Below, in pieces: positions 6,775 through 12,252 of a DNA stretch of 12,252 nucleotides. Each line of letters begins with the position of its first letter. The first letter of the stretch is position 1. Under the pieces are notes generated by a model, which saw nothing but the letters and a program-made list of their open reading frames with translations, ran no database searches and had not been told where the DNA came from. Source of the DNA: Fibrobacterota bacterium (lineage in GTDB: Bacteria; Fibrobacterota; Fibrobacteria; UBA11236); NCBI GenBank assembly GCA_043753995.1, contig JAYUVP010000143.1:1-12252 (forward strand), read 5' to 3'. A program made the position numbers and the translations under genes.

Positions 6775-8460
6775 GTGTCCAGAAAATCTCCTGTTTATCC
6801 TAAGCCCGGTTGGGGCGAATCCATCGCCGATCGCCTGACCGCCGGCATCCCCGCCGCTTTGCCTTTTTTGCCCGTCGTGGCCGCCATACTCGCGCTGAAA
6901 GCGCTATTTGGCCGCCAGCTCAGTGACGAAACCTTCATCGCGATTTCCCATGCCCGCACCTGGGTGGAGAGCGGCAAGGCCGTCGCCTCCCTTCTCAATC
7001 CAGTTTGTGCCACGGACTCACCTTTTTGGCTTATGGCCTTGGCGACCTGGGCCAAGTTAGGCTCGGTGTCCAATCTGGAGCGCATTGCTTTTCAATGGGC
7101 CACCTGGGGAGATGTGCTCGCCTTATCGGGAGTCTATGCTCTCGCCCGAGCCTTAGGGGCCATGCGCGTGCTGGCCTGGATTGCAGTGGCGGCGGTGGGA
7201 TGCAGTTCGGCTTTTATCACCGCTTCGGCCTCGGGTTCGAATGCCTCTTGGTTCACGGCGATTTCCTTGTGGGCCTTATTTGCCCACCTTCGACGCTTGC
7301 CTTGGGTGTGGCGGGCATTTCCGCTACTCCTTTTGCCTCTCCTGCGCTGGGATGCAAGCGTCTTGCCGGTTTTACTTATCGCCCACACCTTGATCCGACG
7401 AGAGTCGCCGCGCCTTGCCGCAATTTTGCTTTCGGCGACCTTGCTGGGACAAATGGCCTATTTCGCTTTTTATCTGTGGGCCTATGGGCAACTTTGGCCG
7501 CATGCCCTCATCGCATCGATCTCTCAGCAATCGACTTTCTCCCTCAAGGCAAGTCTGGCTTTCCTGGTTGAGATTTGGACCCAGGGTCCCCAGCTGGGAA
7601 ATGCCTGGGTTACGGCCCTTTTTGCCCTTAGTCTGCAAAGCCTGGCAGCTTTCGGGGCCATGGTGGCTTGGCGTCGCGCCTCGAAGATTTCGTCCGAGGT
7701 AAATTCCACCGAGGCGAATATATCAGCGTGGACCTGGCTGCCTTTAGTCGCTCTCGCTTCGTTATTGCCAACTGCCATTCTGGCGACGTCGGCCGCTTGG
7801 CAATCACAAAATCACAGCACCTTGGTCTTGCCTATTCTGGCCTTGCTATGGATAGGTGTGGCCGCAGGATGGCAAGCCTGGCTTCATTCCTTGGGCCAAG
7901 ATCAAGAAGAGGAAAACCCTCAACCCTGGCGCGCTTGGTTGGGCTTTTTGCCTATGTCCCTAGCGGCCTTGGCCATGACGGGCGCTTTGTGGCAGGATTT
8001 GCCCGGGCAATTCAAGCGGCACTATGAACAGCATCAAGGCCGCTATGCCAAGGCTTCCACCTGGATAGACGACATGATACGCCGCGTGGAAATGCATCGA
8101 AGTGCAGCAGGTAACGCGACGATGACGCCTTTGCTACCCATGGCTTTCACGGTTTTGGCGGAAGAGCCCGGGGTCTATCTCTATCGCAGCCGCGCCCGCA
8201 TTCTCGATCGCGGCGGGGCCTTATCTCCCGAGGCCTTGCCGGTTTTGCGAGCGCATCCGGATTCGCTATCGGCATGGCAAGCCCTGCGCGAAACCTTCCG
8301 TCCAGAAGTCATGAGCGCCTTGCGCCCCATGTCGGTGGACTCGGCCGAGAAGCAACGCTTCGCAGGGTATCGCGGGGGTTACGTCGCCGGCGCCCCTGGC
8401 GCCAAGGATTTATTGTGGCTGGGTTTGCGTCCGGATCTTCCGGTGCAGGCGCAGCCTTGA
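6775..8460 (+). CDS. Polytopic membrane protein, divergent GT-C (PMT/arabinofuranosyltransferase-like) fold
   Basis: About 10 or more hydrophobic segments. The first loop, LSDETFIAISHARTWVESG...CATDSPFWLMALA, resembles the family pattern 'DDAFISFRYARNLVEG...GYTSPLW'. LRWDA resembles 'RPDG'. The C-terminal soluble domain AEEPGVYLYRSRARILDRGGALSP resembles 'EIG..GYYS...ILD..GLVSP'. Resemblance judged by eye. Confidence 0.6.
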   Translation: MSRKSPVYPKPGWGESIADRLTAGIPAALPFLPVVAAILALKALFGRQLSDETFIAISHARTWVESGKAVASLLNPVCATDSPFWLMALATWAKLGSVSNLERIAFQWATWGDVLALSGVYALARALGAMRVLAWIAVAAVGCSSAFITASASGSNASWFTAISLWALFAHLRRLPWVWRAFPLLLLPLLRWDASVLPVLLIAHTLIRRESPRLAAILLSATLLGQMAYFAFYLWAYGQLWPHALIASISQQSTFSLKASLAFLVEIWTQGPQLGNAWVTALFALSLQSLAAFGAMVAWRRASKISSEVNSTEANISAWTWLPLVALASLLPTAILATSAAWQSQNHSTLVLPILALLWIGVAAGWQAWLHSLGQDQEEENPQPWRAWLGFLPMSLAALAMTGALWQDLPGQFKRHYEQHQGRYAKASTWIDDMIRRVEMHRSAAGNATMTPLLPMAFTVLAEEPGVYLYRSRARILDRGGALSPEALPVLRAHPDSLSAWQALRETFRPEVMSALRPMSVDSAEKQRFAGYRGGYVAGAPGAKDLLWLGLRPDLPVQAQP

Positions 8461-8503
8461 GGGACGATGCCAGCTCAGGGGTGCTAGTTCTATTTCCCCT
8501 GCC

Positions 8504-8998
8504 TTAATAAGCCTCACGCCCGATATTTTTCTTCCAGGCCTCAAAGGCCGGCCAACCCTCGTCGCGCAAATCTTGGCGGCAGGGCGTGGCCCGTGCTTCC
8601 GGGGCCAGGGACACCTCCCGATAAAAAGCCTCGTCGTCGAAACCCGCGGCGGCAGCATCTTTTCGATCGCTGGCAAAGACAATGCGATCGACCCTGGCCC
8701 AGAGCGCCGCAGCTAGGCACATGGGGCAAGGCTCGCAACTGGTGAATAGCACGCAGCCGTCTAGGCGATGGCTACCGAGGCTGAGGCAAGCTTCGCGAAT
8801 GGCGACCACCTCCGCATGCGCCGTCGGATCTTTGCTGCGCGTCACGCTATTAGCTCCCCGCGCCAAGATGAGCCCATCCTTGGCAATAACGGCACCGAAA
8901 GGGCCTCCGCCGTCGGCTTCCAAGGCAGCATTGGCGACGGCAATGGCAATGGCTTCGCGTAGGCATTCGGCATCACTGAGGTTTGAATCGGCCTTCAT
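8504..8998 (-). CDS. guaD: Zn-dependent nucleoside/nucleobase deaminase, GuaD-type guanine deaminase-like (164 aa)
   Basis: GGPFGAVI, DPTAHAEVVAIREAC, TSCEPCPMCLAA, and the GuaD-like tail DAAAAGFDDEAFY...AFEAW...Y. Start ATG 8998 overlaps the NUDIX stop (ATGA). Confidence 0.85.
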   Translation of the reverse strand: MKADSNLSDAECLREAIAIAVANAALEADGGGPFGAVIAKDGLILARGANSVTRSKDPTAHAEVVAIREACLSLGSHRLDGCVLFTSCEPCPMCLAAALWARVDRIVFASDRKDAAAAGFDDEAFYREVSLAPEARATPCRQDLRDEGWPAFEAWKKNIGREAY

Positions 8999-9606
8999 GG
9001 TGAAGTTCGATATTGAGGTGTGGGTAGGCCTTGGGCTTCGCATTCGAGAAAGCGCCTGGCCCGCAATAAAGCGATAGTGGTCATGGATTCATTCAATTCG
9101 CCCTCTTCCGCCCGGCGGCAGGCCTCGGAGAAGGGGATTTTCTGAAGACTCAAAATTTCGGTGGATTCGGGTTCATGCTCTCCCGGAGTCAAATCTCTCG
9201 CCAAATAAAGGTGAGCGATTTCATCGGAAACGGAATTGCTTAGGGTGAAACAGCCGAGATAATCGAGTCGAGCCGCGCGCAGGCCGGTTTCTTCGCGCAA
9301 TTCTCGCAGAGCCGCGGCTTCGGTTTTTTCGATCCCAATTTGGCAGCCGCCTTCGGGTATTTCCCAACTGTAATAGTCGAGAGGATAACGGTGTTGACCC
9401 ACTAGGGTAATATCACCGTGATTATCCAGGGGCACTATGCCTACCGCCAAGTTGCGAAAGGAAACCACCCCGTAAATACCCGCCTGGCCGTCGGGATGAA
9501 GCACTTGGTCTTCTCGCACCTGAATCCAGGGGTTGCTGTAAATTTCCTTAGACCCCTGCACTTGCCAGGGGCCGATTTGTTGCGCGAGTTTTTGGCCTTC
9601 ACCCAT
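8995..9606 (-). CDS. NUDIX hydrolase, ADP-ribose pyrophosphatase (NudF)-like
   Basis: Canonical Nudix box G-CQIGI-E-KTEAAAL-RELREETGL; N-terminal YSNPWIQVREDQVLHPDG; QHRYPLDYYSWEIPEG; C-terminal PESTE. Confidence 0.9.
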   Translation of the reverse strand: MGEGQKLAQQIGPWQVQGSKEIYSNPWIQVREDQVLHPDGQAGIYGVVSFRNLAVGIVPLDNHGDITLVGQHRYPLDYYSWEIPEGGCQIGIEKTEAAALRELREETGLRAARLDYLGCFTLSNSVSDEIAHLYLARDLTPGEHEPESTEILSLQKIPFSEACRRAEEGELNESMTTIALLRARRFLECEAQGLPTPQYRTSP

Positions 9607-9612
9607 AAGTGA

Positions 9613-9618
9613 AATATA
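9613..9618 (-). promoter_or_regulatory. Putative -10 element (TATATT), 6 nt before the NUDIX ATG
   Basis: Minus strand ccTATATT-tcactt-ATG(9606); no SD. Confidence 0.55.
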
Positions 9619-9639
9619 GGCCCTGGAGAAAGACCCCTT

Positions 9640-10602
9640 TCAAGGATCGATGCGCGTGGCTTTGACGGGGAAAAGGGTCTCGACCTGTTGTAGTAGGGCG
9701 ACAGCCCTTTTGCGTTCGAGTTCGTTTTCGGGAATACTCTTAGTCCAAGTTGTGTCGCTGATCACCGCTTCCAGGGTTTGGGAGAATCCCACTCGATCGT
9801 TGGTCGCGGTGGTGAAGAATTCGGCATAGGTCACCCAATTACCGGCATAGCGAGGGCCGATGGACTGGGCCATTTGAAATTGCGCCTTGGCTTCTTGAAT
9901 TTCGGCATCGGAAATGCGCAAGGCCATGGCTCCAGCTAATCGATGAGGGCCGCCATAAAACAAGGTATCGTCGCGTATCAATAAATGCCTGACAAGGGCC
10001 ACCCATTGTTCTCCTAGGCCTTTGCGGACATAGCGATCGCTTTCGACAAGCAATCGTCCCTCATTGACTGCCGTCCAATAGGCCGCTTCAAGAAAGGGCC
10101 CGTCCAATGCCGCCACGGCTTCGGCCTCATCTTCCGATGCGGCATATATACGGGCAAAGCCGTGATGTAAGCGCATGGCCGCTTCTCCGGCTTCGACGCC
10201 ACGACGGAAATAGGTGCGACGCCGGTTGGGTTCGAGATTCCCATACAGCGCGACCACGTAACAGGCATGCGACCATTGCGTCAGCAATTGGGGAACGTCG
10301 GCTTGTTCAATATTCGCCTTGGTATAAGCGGCCTCAGCCTGCCTAGCCGATGCCAAATCCGCGCGTAGAGCGAAAAGGCTATCCGCAATTTTCCATGAAT
10401 GACCCTTGGGTGTCGTCCATGAGGTAGCGGGGGCTTCTAATGGAGGTGCTATACGAACTTGGGATGCGCAGCCAGAAAAAAGGAGGGCACCGAGGGAAAT
10501 TAGGCCAAGTAGGGAGCCTAATCGGATACGGTCATGAGGCTCTAACCAAGGCCAAGGTCCTGGGAAGTGGGCCTGTTCGCTGATTCCCCTTCGTGTAACC
10601 AT
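9640..10602 (-). CDS. TPR-like lipoprotein, TRAP/TPAT T-component (TatT)-like (320 aa)
   Basis: Lipobox LLFSG-C after a hydrophobic stretch. Helical body with YWTAVN, DDTLFYGGPHRLAG, AKAQFQMAQSIGP, VTYAEFF...DRVGFSQTLEAVI and PENELERKRAVALL...LF, typical of TatT-like proteins as recalled. ATG 10602 chosen for the AAGGAG SD upstream (track start 10632). Confidence 0.7.
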   Translation of the reverse strand: MVTRRGISEQAHFPGPWPWLEPHDRIRLGSLLGLISLGALLFSGCASQVRIAPPLEAPATSWTTPKGHSWKIADSLFALRADLASARQAEAAYTKANIEQADVPQLLTQWSHACYVVALYGNLEPNRRRTYFRRGVEAGEAAMRLHHGFARIYAASEDEAEAVAALDGPFLEAAYWTAVNEGRLLVESDRYVRKGLGEQWVALVRHLLIRDDTLFYGGPHRLAGAMALRISDAEIQEAKAQFQMAQSIGPRYAGNWVTYAEFFTTATNDRVGFSQTLEAVISDTTWTKSIPENELERKRAVALLQQVETLFPVKATRIDP

Positions 10603-10666
10603 GGGGCGCTCCTTTGGGAGAAACCAAGCCATTTCGCAATAGGTCGTTTTGACCTAACACAGTAGG

Positions 10667-10708
10667 AAAAAATGCTTCCCACTTGTTTCCTTGCGAGGAA
10701 AAACGGGA
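10667..10708 (-). terminator. Possible intrinsic terminator downstream of the 69-aa ORF
   Basis: Minus-strand RNA UCCC-GUU-UUUCCU-CGCA-AGGAAA-CAAGU-GGGA-AGCA-UUUUUU: an interrupted stem followed by U6. The stem is imperfect. Confidence 0.3.
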
Positions 10709-10741
10709 GAAAAAGGTCCGATATTTTTTTCTGCGAAAGTC

Positions 10742-10951
10742 CTATCGCTTGGCCGAAAGAGGTAAAGCCAAAACAGATTGGGTTTTTTGAGAGACCGTAA
10801 TTTTTCGGATATCGCTTGAGAGGGGGCTCGGCTGCCCAGACTCTAAAGACCTTTTTTCACGGCGTGTGAGGGCGAAGGCATAAGTGAAATGACTGACTTC
10901 GGCGCCAAATAAATGGCGCATTTCCTCAGGGGTGACAATGCGCGAGCGCAT
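10742..10951 (-). CDS. Small hypothetical protein (69 aa), possibly leaderless
   Basis: Fills the gap between two minus-strand genes; extended -10-like TGcTAGCTT 6 nt before the ATG; no family recognised. Confidence 0.45.
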   Translation of the reverse strand: MRSRIVTPEEMRHLFGAEVSHFTYAFALTRREKRSLESGQPSPLSSDIRKITVSQKTQSVLALPLSAKR

Positions 10952-10957
10952 GCGCGC

Positions 10958-10966
10958 AAGCTAGCA
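10958..10966 (-). promoter_or_regulatory. Putative extended -10 element (TGcTAGCTT)
   Basis: Minus strand TG-c-TAGCTT-gcgcgc-ATG(10951). Confidence 0.4.
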
Positions 10967-11025
10967 ATCAAGCGAGGAAGATTGTAAAACCCTGGGGAAA
11001 AGGGGGATTACCAAGGCCAGGGGTG

Positions 11026-11679
11026 TTAGGGAGATTCCATTTCCAGGGAATCGGCGTCCTCTCCTTCATCCGGGGTGCAACCCTCAGGACTGTCTTCCTC
11101 GGCTCTCACGACGGCAAAAAGTCCGGCACTGTCGGCGGGGGCAAACCATGATGTATCGGGGCCGCGCACCCAGCGCAACGTCGGTGATACCCAATTTCCC
11201 CGGCCCGGTTTTCCATGCGGCAAATAATCCATCGCGGCGGTGTCGCCAGCCATATGCAGGGTGAAAATTTCGGCAGGTTGTTGGGTGGGCATTTGCAATC
11301 GCTTCACGCGTAGGGAATCCCCGCCTTCGCAAAAAGGGCAGGTGAAAAAGGGCCCCTCTTCGGAATGGGACCTACCGGGCTGCCAGGTGAGACTCGGCGT
11401 TTCGGAAAAACAGGGCACCACCACCACGAGCTTGTCGCCTTGCGGCGTCACCTGCATCCAGGAAGACGGTAAACCCTGTAGCCATTGCCTCAATGAGTCC
11501 GCGTCGGTGACCTGAAGGCTGTCGCCGCCGGGACCTGAAATCTGAATGTGATCCCATTGACGCTTTTCTCGATATCCGACCAGGAAAACCATCCCAGCTA
11601 CGAGTAGGGCCCCACCGAAAAGAAGCGGAACCACGAGCTTGCCGGAAACACCTCCGGACTGGCGCAAAAAAGAAGTCAT
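11026..11679 (-). CDS. Hypothetical membrane-anchored protein (217 aa)
   Basis: The track ORF 11026..11784 overlaps pgi, so the start was moved to ATG 11679 (TATTTT 6 nt upstream). Single N-terminal TM (LVVPLLFGGALLVAGMVFLVGY), soluble domain with 4 Cys (including CPFC), acidic tail. Confidence 0.65.
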   Translation of the reverse strand: MTSFLRQSGGVSGKLVVPLLFGGALLVAGMVFLVGYREKRQWDHIQISGPGGDSLQVTDADSLRQWLQGLPSSWMQVTPQGDKLVVVVPCFSETPSLTWQPGRSHSEEGPFFTCPFCEGGDSLRVKRLQMPTQQPAEIFTLHMAGDTAAMDYLPHGKPGRGNWVSPTLRWVRGPDTSWFAPADSAGLFAVVRAEEDSPEGCTPDEGEDADSLEMESP

Positions 11680-11722
11680 GCAGGCAAAATAGCTTCGTGC
11701 ATGGTTCCCTATATTTAGGGCC
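11680..11722. promoter_or_regulatory. Compact divergent promoter region with two outward-facing -10-like hexamers
   Basis: Minus-strand TATTTT at 11686-11691 (6 nt before ATG 11679) and plus-strand TATATT at 11710-11715 (7 nt before pgi ATG 11723). Confidence 0.55.
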
Positions 11723-12252
11723 ATGACATCCTTGAACCAGAGCACCGCTTTCCGCGCCATGCGCGACCATGCCCAAAAAAACAAATCCGAAACCCTGCGC
11801 CGGCTCTTCGCTGCCGATCCGGACCGAGCCTCGCGTTATACCGTCGAAGCTTGCGGATGGCGACTCGACTACAGCAAGAATCTCGTTACCGACAAGTCCC
11901 TGGAATTGCTCCGCGCCTTGGCCTTGGAGCGCGGCGTCGCGGCGGCACGGGATGCCATGTTTGCGGGTGAGCGCATCAATACCACGGAAGGTCGGGCGGT
12001 ATTGCATACGGCCTTGCGCAATCTCAACGGCAGCCCGGTCCTAGTCGAAGGCAAGGACGTCATGCCCGACGTCAAGCGTGTATTGGCGCAAATGGAGGCT
12101 TTCACGCAACGCCTGCGTAGCGGCGAATGGAAAGGCCATACCGGCAAGCGCATCCGCCATGTGGTGAATCTCGGTATTGGCGGCTCGGATCTCGGGCCCG
12201 TCATGGTCACCGAAGCCTTGCGTCCCTATAGCTTGGATTCCAGTGGCAACTG
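11723..12252 (+). CDS. pgi: Glucose-6-phosphate isomerase, N-terminal part (runs off the window's right edge)
   Basis: Not in the ORF track; translated by hand: MTSLNQSTAFRAMRDHA...LRRLFAADPDR...LDYSKN...RDAMFAGERINTTEGRAVLHTALRN...GEWKGHTGKRIRHVVNLGIGGSDLGPVMVTEALRPY. These are classic PGI motifs. Confidence 0.97.
   Translation, partial: MTSLNQSTAFRAMRDHAQKNKSETLRRLFAADPDRASRYTVEACGWRLDYSKNLVTDKSLELLRALALERGVAAARDAMFAGERINTTEGRAVLHTALRNLNGSPVLVEGKDVMPDVKRVLAQMEAFTQRLRSGEWKGHTGKRIRHVVNLGIGGSDLGPVMVTEALRPYSLDSSGN

Noticed and set aside
8461..8503. Bidirectional terminator between the convergent GT-C-like and deaminase genes
   Set aside because: Only a weak AGGGG...CCCCT pairing with a long loop and no U-tract.
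8504..8998. TadA (tRNA adenosine deaminase) or anti-phage dCTP deaminase call
   Set aside because: TSCEPCPMC and the GFDD..FY...W...Y tail fit the GuaD type; no TLEPC or DPKxG TadA motifs and no fused kinase domain.
10990..11022. CCCTGG...CCAGGG inverted repeat after the 217-aa gene
   Set aside because: Only 6 bp with a loop of about 21 nt; likely chance.
11372..12210. Minus-strand ORFs of 211 and 113 aa and a + strand ORF of 91 aa
   Set aside because: They overlap the unambiguous pgi reading frame starting at 11723.
1..12252. CRISPR array, IS or transposase, integrase, tRNA/rRNA, defence system
   Set aside because: No regularly spaced repeats, terminal inverted repeats, cloverleaf structures or recognisable protein motifs were found by eye.

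Overview
A gene-dense bacterial chromosomal window of mostly housekeeping and envelope genes, with no rRNA, tRNA, CRISPR array or mobile element seen. A Fibrobacterota-like origin is a guess from the hypothetical protein families and is unverified. In order: (-) partial secreted ThuA-like protein; (-) probable outer-membrane beta-barrel protein in a lower-GC segment; (-) SLC13/DASS permease; (+) PEGA-domain protein, an unlisted 44-aa membrane peptide, thiL, a PilB/GspE-type ATPase with a tandem-duplicated MshEN c-di-GMP module, and a divergent GT-C-like membrane protein; (-) guanine/nucleoside deaminase, NUDIX hydrolase, an orphan TatT-like lipoprotein, a 69-aa ORF and a 217-aa membrane-anchored protein; (+) partial pgi. 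The most striking pattern: 8 of 14 start codons have a TAnnnT (mostly TAnnTT) hexamer 6-9 nt upstream. The other six have a Shine-Dalgarno site or a stop/start overlap. This suggests pervasive leaderless transcription.
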